A DNA stretch of 64,000 bases. Source: Eutreptiella sp. 'Long Island Sound 2002' (Eukaryota; Protista; Euglenida). The notes under the pieces are model-generated. The model did no database searches, had not been told where the DNA came from, and worked only from the letters and a program-made list of their open reading frames with translations. This document shows, piece by piece, positions 12,864 to 24,474 of this stretch. The stretch is taken from contig OZ038378.1 of assembly GCA_964036045.1 (NCBI GenBank), positions 30,132,001-30,196,000 of the forward strand. The letters are read 5' to 3'. A program made the position numbers and the translations under genes. Numbering within the stretch: the first letter of the stretch is position 1; each line of letters opens with the position of its first letter.

Positions 12864-14732
12864 CTAGGAAAAACCCCGTTCACTGCATGAGGTTGAGGGG
12901 CTCCGATGCCCGTCCCCGTTGTATGCGGTGTCAGGCGCCGGTGGGGGGGTTTGGGTCTCTGTGGATCCGTGCTCGTTGCAGGACGTTAAAGGGCTGCGCC
13001 TACCCCCCCTTGTATGCGTGATCCTGTCACAAAATGGGGTTTTGGGGGTCCCCGGCCCTTCCGAGTGATTGGTGACTGTGGAAACACTCGACAGGTGGCT
13101 GTGCGTAGACTCCTCGCTCCTCGGGCTGTCTGGCATCTCAACTAAACCCAATTGCAGCCACACATCACTCTCATGCCCCTGATCCGAAGGGACATCCGGG
13201 GGTTTTCTCTCTTGGTCCTGGTGAAGCAATACACTGCTCAAAATTCAGTACGATTGGGCGCGGGGGGGACACACCCCGGGGGGGGGGGGGCTCCGAGCCG
13301 CTACCTGGCGTGCCCGTTTGGCGCGTTGCCCTGCCGCTTGGACCCTGGGGGTCTTCCGAGCGGGGTACAGGGGGTTGCTGAGTCTACCATTGTTAGCCAG
13401 GGTGTCGGCCTGCTCGTTACCTTCCACATTCACGTGGGAGGGAACTTTCACCCACAGAATATCTTGAAAAGTGGAATCCAAAAGCTGCAGTAGCTCTTTC
13501 CAGAGAGGGATATTTGACACAGGTCCCGCCGATCCCACCCAACCTCTCGCCTGCCACCGGCGCGCCGCTCCCTGCGCCCCTTTAAGGACATACTCAGAAT
13601 CCGTGCAGATGGCAATCTTAGGCTCATCGGCATGCAGCCGTAGGGCCTGCAATGCCGCCAGGAGTTCCGCCGCGTTAATAGTTTGTTTCATGTGCAGCGG
13701 CACTGGGGCAGACAGCGAAACTGGGAGGGTTGAAAAGACCCCATAGCCCTCCACATAACCAAGTCCCTCGAAGCGCTCTGATGAGCCATCTGTAAAGACC
13801 AACATATATCCCTGGTCTTCAAGGCTGTCAAGGTGAGCAATCAGTTTGTGTAGTGAGCGCATCTTGCGTTCCAGTCTGCGTTTGGCACGCAGTTGTGCTT
13901 TGGTGGGGGGCGGTGTGGGGGGGGTGGGCTCAAGCTGCGGTCTGTCCGCTGAATCCCCCCGCCGGAGAGACATGAGCAGATCCAAGAAGGCGGACAATTG
14001 TTCTGGGCGGATTCCATGTGCTTTGGATTGCTGCCACCTGTGCAGCAACTGTCCGTAGACTTTTAAGAAGTAGGATGTCGAGCGAAAAGAATTGTGCTCT
14101 TTTGCGGCTTTACAACGGATGGCCCAGTTGGCCTCTATCGCTGCCCAGCCCAATTGTCCAGGAAGGAGATGCAGAGACTCTGCAGGGTGGTGTTCAATCA
14201 GTTCCGCCACCGATGATATGTGCTTCCCACCAACGACATAGGGGGGGAAGCATTGGTCGATGATGGGAAAAACGAAAGGTAGAAATTTGCAGTGCAGCAT
14301 CATATGGGCCATAGTTTCAGGCACGTGGCACAAGGGGCAAAGCAGGCGGTCAGGCTTCCAAGACTTAAGCCTGTCTCCTACCGGTTGTTTACGCCACAGC
14401 GTTTTTCGAATAAAATCTATGTCAGATGACGGCAGTCTGCAAGACATCAGAGCTTGCCAGACCTCATCCGGCTGGCGCCGTTCCCTGTTCCTAGGGTAGG
14501 ACATCACGGCGAGAGCTTGGCCTCTCTGCCAATCAGAGATCAGTGATGACAGATCACAGGGCGTCTGTCGTGAGTGTTCAGAAAATACGAAAGTCTGATT
14601 GGCAAGCTGGCCAATGGTTTCTCTGTATATCGGGCGCCACGTGGGGGCGATTTGATTCAGGTAGGAGTTGTCTTCCAGTAGGTGTCCCACTGTAAGTATG
14701 CCCTCCCTGTTGAGCGATGGTGACAAATACAT
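12864..14732 (-). mobile_element. Family A non-LTR retrotransposon, 5'-truncated 3' part (zinc finger plus C-terminal RNase HI)
   Basis: 495-aa ORF 13245-14732 continues after a frameshift at the G-run near 13278-13290 into ORF 12864-13241 (VWLQLGLVEMP, cf. LWSSLGMVPMD in the 25353-26342 copy). Confidence 0.9.
13245..14732 (-). CDS. LINE ORF2 C-terminal part: zf-RVT-like CCHC finger followed by an RNase HI domain (5'-truncated)
   Basis: CPLCHVPETMAHMMLHC; RNase H acidic residues in VFTDGSS, QTINAAELLA, CTDSEY and VPSHVNVEGNEQADTLA. Confidence 0.88.
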   Translation of the reverse strand: MYLSPSLNREGILTVGHLLEDNSYLNQIAPTWRPIYRETIGQLANQTFVFSEHSRQTPCDLSSLISDWQRGQALAVMSYPRNRERRQPDEVWQALMSCRLPSSDIDFIRKTLWRKQPVGDRLKSWKPDRLLCPLCHVPETMAHMMLHCKFLPFVFPIIDQCFPPYVVGGKHISSVAELIEHHPAESLHLLPGQLGWAAIEANWAIRCKAAKEHNSFRSTSYFLKVYGQLLHRWQQSKAHGIRPEQLSAFLDLLMSLRRGDSADRPQLEPTPPTPPPTKAQLRAKRRLERKMRSLHKLIAHLDSLEDQGYMLVFTDGSSERFEGLGYVEGYGVFSTLPVSLSAPVPLHMKQTINAAELLAALQALRLHADEPKIAICTDSEYVLKGAQGAARRWQARGWVGSAGPVSNIPLWKELLQLLDSTFQDILWVKVPSHVNVEGNEQADTLANNGRLSNPLYPARKTPRVQAAGQRAKRARQVAARSPPPPGVCPPRAQSY

Positions 14733-16410
14733 ATGGACGGCATGGGTAGGTTGTGGCGCAGCTCACCCGCCAGCTGCATGCACTCGTACTGGTGTACTGC
14801 CACCCTGTACCGAAAATCGGGCATGTGGTCAGGTGGGATTGAACGCACAAGAGAAAGGGGAATGTGGAACTTCCCTACACAGGCAAGGTCGTCTGGCGTT
14901 GCTGTCGAGAGCCACTGCCGGGGCATAGACTCCCAAGGTCCCCAGGTTTTCGCCCACTCGTCCGGGAACAGCGTCCTCCATGCCCCACACTGCACAAGCC
15001 GTGTCTATGCCGCTCCCTGGTGTGTGGACCCACACAGGGCACACGGTTGGGTCGGCTTCTTCCATGGTGGCGTACACCCTTTCCACCACACGTTCCCGCA
15101 CACCCACTGAAGCCACAGCCTGCGGCGCTCCGCCTTCAGGGGCAGCCATGTTGCCCAGTGGACCCCCTCTGGTGTGGCGTGTGGGCGCATCGCAGTAATC
15201 CACTTTTTTGCTGGTGTGGGTGCCTCCGTGCCCCCCACGCCTATACCGTGCGGCGCATCTGGTGTGTATGGTGTCAGTGGGAGCTCGCTGCCCATGGACG
15301 CCAGCGAGTCGGACAGGTTATTGCCCCGTATGTCTCCACCTTCCTGAATGGTCCGCGCCTGGCGTTCTTCCCGGTGCCCCCCTGGGCATCAATGACTTGT
15401 CATGGAGCTCCTGTGCTAATGGTTGGCGAAACGTCCACGTCACAGACTTCGCGGTGTGGCGCGGTTGTCGCACAATCCGTTGCGGCTTGGTTGTCCAATA
15501 CTACCTCATCACCAGCTTGTGCCAGGCAGGAGGCTACATACATGCCCATGACCTCCGCCCGGTACGGGGTTTGAGGACCCCGCACCCGTCCAATCACGTG
15601 CAGTGGCCCGCAGTGGAGCCCAAATCCTGCTCAGCAGTCGGCCGTGGCTCCCCCCATGCCAGCCGGATTGCCCTTCCTGCTTCCATCTGTATACCATGTC
15701 GTCCCCTGTGGCTCGCAGCCGTTGGTGTACACTTCACAGCCCCCTACCACAGTGAGTTGGTAGCCTGCCGGGACCTGCTCTCCTTCCAAGACATGCCACT
15801 GAGGTTTGGCAAGGCCGTACCGGTGCGCTATGTCCTCTTGGCCAACGGGGGCCGTTTGATTGTGGATCATGCAACCATCCTCCGTGTCCTCACCGTCGAT
15901 AAGGGTAAGCCCCCCGGGACGGCGACGGGGGTGCTGCAGTGATATGCCCGAGATTGCTCCCATTGAGTTCAACAAGGTCACGTACGCAAGAAAAGGCGTC
16001 TGGGTACGTTCAACTGATGCGTTCAGAGATACCCGAAATGCTTGGTGATGGTGGTGTATGGTCTGCTGCATAGTTGTGATGAATCGCCGCCGGTAGGCCC
16101 GGTACATCTGGTGCAGCCCCATGCCTCCGCAGGATACCGGGGCACTGAGTTGTTTAGTGTTTCGTCCCGGGACCATGCCTTTAGGCTGACGGACAAACAC
16201 CGAACACGGGTCGTCTACTTCTTTGTACCACCTGTCCGAGGGAATGAGCACCGCCCGGTGGAGCCACTTGGGCATCAAGATGGAGTTGACCACCTGTTTT
16301 CGTTCCCAGCCATCCATGGAAATGTGCGCATATTGTGCTAGGTCCGACGTAATCAAGTCCAGGTAGTCCGACCGCGCCTTGTGTGCCCACCGTGGGTGTG
16401 CAATGATGTG
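14733..16410 (-). mobile_element. Non-LTR retrotransposon family B, RT thumb - RNase H - zinc finger, truncated at both ends
   Basis: ORF 15631-16488 (CGGMGLHQMY thumb end, WYTDGSR); ORF 15400-15597 (GPQTPYRAEVMG, LDNQAA); ORF 15005-15295 (PCALCGSTH). The 5' end abuts the minisatellite and the 3' end abuts family A. Confidence 0.85.
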
Positions 16411-17523
16411 TTCCACGAAGACCCTCAAATGTTGCACGGAGAGCCAAAATGTTCCATGAAGACCCTCAAATGTTGCACGGTGACCCATAATGTGCCAGAG
16501 AGACCCTCAAATGTTCCACGGAGACCCATAATGTTCCATGGAGACCGTCAAATGTCCCACGGAGACCCTCAAATGTTCCACGGAACCCCTGAATATTCCA
16601 CAGAGACTTTCAAATGTTCCACGGAGCCCCTAAATATTCCATGGAGGCTGTCAAATGTTCCACGGAGCCCCTAAATATTCCACGGAGGCTGTCAACTGTT
16701 CCACGGAGGTGCTAAATATTCCACGGAGGCTGTCAAATGTTCCACGGAAACCCTAAATATTCCACACAGAATGTCAAATGTTCCACGGAGCCCCTAAAGA
16801 TTCCGCGGAAACTGTCAAATGTTCCACCGAGCCCCTAAACATTCCACGGAGACCCTCAAATGTTGCACGGAGACCCAGGGGGAATCTTTGCACTGCGCGC
16901 GCACTGCGCGCTGCACTGCACGCTACTTTTAGACTATGTTCCCCCCGAAGAGCCCCCAAGCAAACCCCTTGGAAACACCCTCAGAATTAGGTGACCCAAA
17001 CTGCCCCAGCTCATAACACACATCATGCACAACTGGAAAAGCCATGAACAGCGCATTGGTCGCAAAACACAGAACTGTCTTTCTGTTCGATTGTCTACCA
17101 AGTACACATGGACTCCATCTTGCATTGGCGATTTACCACCCGTAGTGCATCTTGGTAGTACTCCAAGTGGATGAGCCCATCTCCCGCCATCCCAACCACC
17201 GTGGCAGGAACCGTGGTATGAAGTCCTGTAGCATATGTGTAAGCACGATAGATCAATGTGTGCACACGAGCATTGCGCCTTGCCATGCCTTGACACAACC
17301 ATGCTACGCCTTGCCATGCCTTGACCCAAACGTGCTACACCTTGCAAAACCTCCGCTAGGGATCACCATGATGCCCCTAGGGGCCCCTAGTATCTCAAAG
17401 TATGGGTCTCTAGTACGGCCAGACGCCCAAATAGTTGCACTGCGCGCGCACTGCGCTTGAGGCTCCCCCCCAAAATAGTCCACGAAGACCCTCAAATGTT
17501 GCACGGAAACCCAAAATAGTCCA
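16405..17523. repeat. Second, short array of the 41-bp minisatellite (16405-16877 and 17470-17523), split by a Harbinger-like insertion
   Basis: Same AAATGTTCCACGGAG subunits as 8505-11347. Removing the insertion and one TSD restores GGAGACCCAAAATAGTCCACG, a unit also present near 9470-9490. Confidence 0.93.
16878..17469. mobile_element. Non-autonomous PIF/Harbinger-like element (592 bp), TSD CCA
   Basis: Ends GGGGGAATCT...GAGGCTCCCCC are flanked by CCA at 16875-16877 and 17470-17472. The left ~230 bp and right ~125 bp are homologous to the ends of the transposase-bearing copy at 49960-51847. Confidence 0.87.
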
Positions 17524-17524
17524 C

Positions 17525-17782
17525 AGGTTAAAACTTCAACGGAAGAGGGTAATATGCCACACCCAAGACGCACTTCCTCACCACTGCTTAACGAAAAGGG
17601 TTACATCTTCAACAGAAAGGGGTAATGTTCAATGGAAAGGGGTAATGTGCTGGACCCAAGACTCACTTCGTCACCACTGTTCAACAAAGAGGGTTAAAAC
17701 TTCAACGGAAAGGGGTAATGTTCAAGGGAAAGGGGTAATGTGCTGGACCCAAGACTTACTTCCTCACCACAAGGGTCAGGTT
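17525..17782. repeat. Degenerate tandem repeat, about 3 units of 70-90 bp (GGTTAAAACTTCAACGGAAAGGGGTAAT...CCCAAGAC.CACTTC.TCACCAC)
   Basis: Three copies of CCCAAGAC(G/T)(C/T)ACTTC.TCACCAC and five copies of GGGTAAT are directly visible. Confidence 0.8.
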
Positions 17783-17914
17783 AAGGCGCTACGGCTGGGG
17801 ACCAAGGGCCAACTCCTGCAGCTCGGCGGTCAGCCTAGGAGAGTTGGGTGACATTGCATGATCATCTGGACCCGAGAGGGCATAGCATATGGTGGGAGGT
17901 AAAATATCACTTCT

Positions 17915-17965
17915 ACCTCTCATGTGTGTACTCAAAATGCTCGGAACTTTATGGGGAAATCAGAT
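17915..17965 (+). repeat. Dispersed repeat family F core
   Basis: CATGTGTGTACTCAAAATGCTCGGAACTTTATGGGGAAATC resembles ATGTGTCTATACTCAAAATACTCAG at about 60780 (+) and about 39160-39190 (-). Confidence 0.6.
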
Positions 17966-20900
17966 ATGCATGAAAAACATGAAAATTGTCTGACCACTGC
18001 GTATTGCCAATTGCAGCAAAAACCCCCAATTTCTCCCTGGCATATGCGCGCTGTGCCAAGACGCCCCCCATGGGGGGGGGGGGTCAATTCAACATGCGCT
18101 GAACTACCCGTGAACTACAAGCTGAGCAATGTTCAACTTGCATGCCAGGCTGCTTTCACCAGTCCGCTTTCAGCAGTCCGAGTGAAACACAAACTGCGAA
18201 CTGTGCAACCACAAAGAACTGACACGGCAAGGGCTGAACATGAGACCACCCCTTTTGGTGCCATGCTACATACAGTCCTCCACGACACTAAGCACAGGCA
18301 ATTGGCCGCACCAGCAATGTTGATGATCCATCACTGAGCAGTGCTGTCACCTAATGGCAGGGGGACGTCTCTGGGGCATCGAACGACGATGGCTGTCACC
18401 TTCCTTCCAGATTCGCCCTCTTGGGTAGGGGGGCCGTGGATCATTAACACAAACATCAGTGCGTGGAGCAGGTATGTTCAATGGTTCATGATGAAGGACT
18501 CCATCCCCACATCACGTCTACGATACACCGCGGGCACTGCCATGCACCGTGCACTCACGTTCAGGAGGTCAGCCTACGTGACTTAAACGTTGGAGGCTCT
18601 GTGCTGAGCGAGAAATCTGATGGCTGAGCTGGACTGTGATCCGGTCTCACTCACTCTTTCTGATGATCCCTTGGGCAGGGGGGGAGGGGGTTACCCATAT
18701 ATTTCAAGGATCATGTTCCGTGTACACCACATAAAGTGTCCTACAAATGCATTTTAATCAATCCGTGTGCAACACGTCATGAGCTATAACTTCTATGCTC
18801 AGATCATACCCTGTGCACAGTACTGTCCGCCAGGTGCATTTCAATACAGTGTCCAACTCCAAGGTCTAGAAGAGGATGCATGGGTCAAAGAAGCAACACT
18901 TTTCTTCTGAACATCACCGAGGAAATAGATGAATGGGGCGAGAAATTACTAAATGAGGCAATGGAAAAGACGGTTGGGATTTTAGAGGACTGCAGCTCCA
19001 AATGCAAGACTGTAGAAGACTGTTATTTGCTTCTGCTCTTCTCGGCAACATTGAGATACAGTGCAACACTGTGTAAATGCGGGTCTCGGCAAATGGTAAA
19101 GATAACGTTAACAGTCAGTCCACTGTCTATCCTTGCAGCAAGGTTGAACAAGACCCTGCAAACCCTACACCAGTCACGGAAATGGGCTGCACGCCAGTAC
19201 ATCTCGATACAAACCCAATGCGGGCTGAATCGTGGCTCAGCCATGGGCCGTATGGGTCCAACACATGGGCCTGGGAACCAACAGGGGTTGCGGCAAGCGA
19301 AGCAGGGGTGGGGACATGCAGTGTTCCAAAAGTACGGCAAACCAAATTTGGCGGCCGCTTTGTTCACCATAGCTTTTGGAGGGTGAGGTGCAAATGTGCG
19401 ACATGGTTTTGAATGTTTGGTGTTGAATGCACTAATGACGAGGCGAGCGTGAAGGTGGTGAAGGTGACCGGACAAACTGCCCGCGTTCCAACTCAGCACC
19501 ATCATGTTACGCAACTTTGCAAAGCTTGTCCTGGATGGAACTGACCTTGCACTGCCCTACAGCAACACCTTTAGCTTCCTCACTCGCCGAGCAAATCCAA
19601 ATAAAAGACACACAATTGTATCCACGACATTGTTCGGTAGCATAAACATGGGGCAGCATCACACATGCCTGCGATGCAGCATGTGGATGCATGACAAGAA
19701 ATGCCCAATGATAGCAGGACTCGAATCAACACCCACGTTGCAAAGGAAAAGCCAATTAGTGCCTGCCACTCCAACACAGCATCCTTTTCACAGGAAGCTA
19801 ATGCGTCAGGGATCGGCAGCTTGTCCCTGAATAGGGCCCTCAGTGCCTGTCTGACTGCAGCCCCCAGCGGCGCTGCAGCAACGAGTTGTGGTGTGTATCG
19901 CACAGCATTCGCCCCTGTGTGACCCTCCCAGCACAATATTCATCTGTGACATTGGCAGCTTGGAAAAAAAGCACGACTCCAGCGGAGTCATCATAGCACC
20001 AACATATCGCTATCGCACCAACCAGGGGGGGACCAGCGCCCAATCACTGCAGAATATACCAAACACTCAGAAAAATTTGGCTCGAAACCTTAGCCTGAGC
20101 ACTGCTCTATCTGCCCGTCGGTGCTGATTCCATTGTCCCGGCTTTGGCTGGACCTCTGCTTGAGTTTGGCCCTGGGGGACAGCGTTTTGTTGCGCCGCAG
20201 ATCCAGCCCTTCCCTGCTCCATTCGTTACAAACACTGGCAACTGCCTCTGTCGTCCACTCCCCGAGCAAAACCCAGAACGGGTCTAAGCGGGATACAAAA
20301 CTTATTCTTCTTACAAACTTATTTTTTTTTTTTCAAAACATGCTTTTGCCTCATGGGCCTACCTCACAGCCCGTCACCATCTGAATTTTGCTCTTCCGAT
20401 TGCAGCACTGCCCAGTGCACTCACTGAGCTCATTCGGCCAAGGGGTCAGTGGTGTGCTTCAGGAAAGGGGATGGGCACAGTGGAGCCAGGAGGCGAGTTG
20501 CTGCAGGGGGGGGGGGGGGTCAATTCGCAGACGACGATTACATGTCATCGATAAAGTCTTCGTTTGTTCCGGCCTGCCGGGGCCACGCCAGCTCTCCGGA
20601 AGAACAACTTTGGCCTTGAGACAAAGCTGTTGCTCCACAGAGCCGTGCCAGCTGCACAACGACCATTAATGTTTTACTGCTTGACCACAGGTGTGGCCGT
20701 TAGACAGTGCTTGTGGGTAACAATGCGCCGTTTGGCCATCAGGTGGTCGTTGGACAAGACCAAGGTGCCGCAAGACAGACCAGAAAAAGCGCCCTTTCAC
20801 AAGTTTTCCTCGTTCCGGCCAAACTACGAACCATTGGTATGCAGTAATGCAGTAATGCAGTAATGCACTCTAGAAACTCTCACTCCCGGTCTACATCAGC

Positions 20901-23182
20901 AGTGTTGACCCCCGCACTCTCCGTACATGGAAGATCCGTCGCTACACCAGAATAGCTGAGAAACTGTGGACACTTCTGGAATCTGATGCAAGAGATCTGC
21001 GCTGTAGCACGTTTAATTGGATGCCAACCTACCTGCCCCTGTCAAATAAGCACTTTGGGGTTGGCGACAGCCCGTCCCCAAAAAGTCTGAACCGAGAAAG
21101 GGGTGTACGTGTTGTATTAAACTGATGCTTATTTCATAGGTTATGAAAGATATGTGATATCTGGGAATTTCAAGAGGAAATCTCATAAAAAAGAACTCAG
21201 GTAGTTCGAAATGCACTGTAAACAATCACAAAAAAGTGATCTGGGAATTTCAAGAGGAAATTGTTTTTGTCCAGTGTACAGAACCTGCAGGAGACCCAAG
21301 GTGAGAGCCGTAGGGCAGCTTATTCGACACATTGGCGTGAGGTACATGGTAATGTAAGACTGGGAATTTCAAGAGGAAATCTCATAAAGAAGAAATCAGG
21401 AAGTCTGAAACGTAACGGGGCTGTTGGCGATTACACAACAGTGGACTTATCCGGCTGTGTTGTAAACGTCAAAGCAGTGTTGATTTCACAAACCAGAGGT
21501 GTGCTTGCTGATAGGAATCAAGAGATTATTGAAATGGGCATCAGACACTGCCGTTACAGGCCAGTTGCCCTGTCTGGGGGGGTTGAAGGCCAGCGAGCAT
21601 GCGAGGTCGCAAGCAGGTCACAGCACTGCACACGGGCACGTCCTGGTATGCACATGCAGCATCCGAGGGAGCGCGCTTGCCATGCAAAGCCCTAGCCTCC
21701 GCATGAAAAGTGTATCGTCTTTGAGGGGTCAATTCTTTTTTTTTTGCTTGGCATCCAGAAGAGCTTCATGGAGCCAACAGACGTAACAGGGGTGTGCAAT
21801 GTAATATGGGTGTTCGCACACAACCCGTATTTGCAGACCGGGAAACACCCACGACAAATTGGGCCAATTTTGTTGCTCTAATCAATTGCCCCGGATGCTG
21901 CCACATTCTATGGCTGAAAACAGAATTGCACAAAACACCCTCAAATTGCCTCCGAGGGCACCCAAAGATGCAATGACCAAGAGCTCCTGACAGGTATCCC
22001 CCCTTCCCCTGGAGATACTGCAGAGTGTTGTCTCACTGATGGTGCAGGATTGCACGTCTTGGAGAGCCCCGTTGGACATTCGTCGGAAGCAAGCAATGAA
22101 GGTTGACTGGACACCGCTGCGCTCAAAGACTGCATCTGTTTGTAGCAATGCCAGCATATTGCAGGGGATCCGCAAGCTGATGGGGCTTCAGCACAAGTGC
22201 GGTGGCCCATGTGCACAATGTACATGACACCAATTTCAACCCTGCGTCCCTCTCACACTGCCCTGGTCCTGTGTGTGGACACCCTCATGGCATTCTCCTG
22301 TGGGTTCCGATGGTCAATTCCTGGATGCCAGCCCCGCCCCCCTTGTCCAAGATACGGCAAGGTCCCAAGTTTCTTTCGGAACAAGCATGGGCACAAATGC
22401 AAGGCAGCCCGCTGAAAATTTGTCAGTTCCTCACCTCGTGACCAAAGGTCGGGGGGGGCTCAGGTGCACAAAAATACACTGAAATACAACCCAATCATGC
22501 GAAAAACCGCGATTAATGCGGCAAATACCACCCTTGTGTCTAAGACAGAGTGTGGCTATCGCGCAGCAGTCAAAACAGCATTGTCGAGGCACCAAAACGC
22601 AGAGTGGCTCCCATGTCACTTGTGTTTATAGCCATCGAGCAGCAACGACATGAGGACAGTCGGCCAATTGGCAATACGGTGACTCAGATTCAGCAAAATG
22701 CACACAAACCGAGCATCATGGCCCACATCCACATCCTGGGAGCGAAATAAAAATGGGTCCCAAATTGACAAGGACATACTTCCAAGTGGGCGGAGAGGGT
22801 GGGGCATTGTGTGACGCAGCCTTCTGCGACTCATTGAAGGTGCCGAATTCCCACCGCGCGCGCACCGCGCACATGAGAGGACGTAACTTGTAGTGTATTG
22901 TGCACCCTTTTTGAAAGTAGGTAGGGACACCGTGGCCTAACGGGTTTGCATACACCCTTCATACCATGGACAAGCTGCATCTGAGACAAGGCAGAGGGGG
23001 AATACTAGAGGGGGAATACTGCTTCCCACCCCTCTCAACGCCACATCAAGGTACCACACGGTCTAACAGAGATATAGCTGGCCTCCACAATACAACATGT
23101 GACATCTAGCATCCGTGCTAGCCACAGCTGAATGAGCCAACTAGCCATGGGGGCTCAGAACAATGGGGCATGGGGGCTGCCC

Positions 23183-23234
23183 CCAGCCAATGTGTGACCC
23201 CAAGGGGTGTGCAGGCATTTTGGAGGCTGTAGGG
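23183..23234. repeat. Dispersed repeat family E, partial copy
   Basis: CCAGCCAATGTGTGACCCC(A/G)AGGGGTGT...GGCTGTAGGG is shared with 38144-38195. Confidence 0.65.
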
Positions 23235-23474
23235 CCATGAGGCAACGGAAACTGGGTTCGCATACGCCCCCGTGTCACAGGCGCATGGTCATAACCACAT
23301 TGTTCAGTGTTTTGCTTGCTGCACTGCAGCGTAGACCAGTTCTGTATCACACCAGGTGGTTGCTGGCTGTGCATTGGCACTGGTCCTCTGGACATTGAGG
23401 TCAGCTCGCACCCACCACCCACCCACAGCGCCGGTTAGTCTCTAACCCTTGCCCTGTAGGTCGTGCCCCTGTCA
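23233..23474 (+). mobile_element. SINE-like short element, copy 1 of 3 (about 240-255 bp)
   Basis: High similarity along its length to 43327-43582 and partial similarity to 35617-35836. Starts GGCCATGAGGCAACGGAAACTGGG. Orientation is inferred. Confidence 0.75.
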
Positions 23475-23945
23475 TGCACATGCTCTCTGGCTTGTGAGGA
23501 CGTGTCATACTCGATCCTCAGGGGCGCAAAGGCGCCTTGGTTGGCGCAAAGGCGTCTCAGTATTTCAGCATGTGCTCCGACTGTCAGGCAACTCAACAGA
23601 TCATTGCTTTTTTGCGTGTGGCACATACCACTTCAGCTCCACACCATGCATGCGCATGCTGCCCACACATTCATGCCTACTTGCTTCCGTCTTCCTCACA
23701 TGGGCCGCACTCTCGCAGCCCCAGTCAGCCCCTGTTTCGGCTGTTCAACACGTGACAACGTGTCGAGCCTGTGGCTCAGGGGCGCTACGGCGCCCTGCTT
23801 TTTCATTTCTTGGCTGTTCCGTGCCGCCGTGGCGTCCCTTTTACCCTGGTCGGCTCGAACCCACCCTGGTCAGCTCGAACCCACCACCTCCCTTTGCGCC
23901 GGTTAGCCCCGGTCTCTTGCTCTGTGGGTCTCTCTCCTACTCTCT

Positions 23946-24172
23946 TTTTTTTTTTTTTTGATCAAAAAGGCCAGTTCATAAGTGCCGGGGGTCACAGTGG
24001 ACCAAGTTCGAAGTAAGATACAGATTTCGGCGAAGCCAGGGTATGCATACGGGCTGCAGCTCGTGACTGTGCCCCCATGGTTTCCCATTGAGGTTGGTGT
24101 AGTCATGTCAGTGGTATTTCCCACTCATTCGGGTCCCAGTGCGTTTTGTGGCGTTTCGGTAGCGGTTGTAAC
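23946..24172 (-). mobile_element. 227-bp retroposed insertion with poly(A) tail and a perfect 19-bp TSD
   Basis: GGTCTCTCTCCTACTCTCT at 23927-23945 and 24173-24191; T-run at 23946-23959 is a minus-strand A-tail. Confidence 0.88.
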
Positions 24173-24344
24173 GGTCTCTCTCCTACTCTCTCCCTCCCAT
24201 TCTCTCTTGCTCTCCCCTGCTCTTTCTCTCCTGTTGCACCTCTCTGTTCCTTTCCCACTGTGCTCTACCCTCTCTCTCTCTCTGTTTCTCTCTCCCTCTC
24301 TCTCGCGCCCAAAAAGGGGGTTCGGGTTGTTCGGTGCATCTCTA

Positions 24345-24420
24345 TCCCCCCCGGGGTTCGAACCATCCTCCACGGGACAGAAGAGGTGTGGTGTATCCAC
24401 TGAGCTACGACGATGGGGTA
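24345..24420 (-). other. Degenerate tRNA-derived sequence (Pol III A and B boxes), not a functional tRNA
   Basis: Minus strand has TAGCTCAGTGG (24407-24397) and GGTTCGAACCCC (24364-24353) at tRNA-like spacing. The anticodon and T stems do not pair properly. Confidence 0.6.
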
Positions 24421-24474
24421 TCTGCACCATGGCACCATGCGCTCCACTCTTCTTCTCCTTTGTGTATCCCCCTG

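Noticed and set aside
19023-19514. AP endonuclease start (VLSWNAGSL) in ORF 19023-19514
   Set aside because: No following QET, YxP, GDFN or SDH motifs; a single short motif match is not enough.
17800-23100. Host-gene exons among the many short ORFs
   Set aside because: No recognisable domain or consistent splice pattern; cannot be supported without transcript data.
24345-24420. Functional tRNA-Arg(TCT) gene
   Set aside because: The anticodon and T stems do not base-pair; kept only as a tRNA-derived relic.
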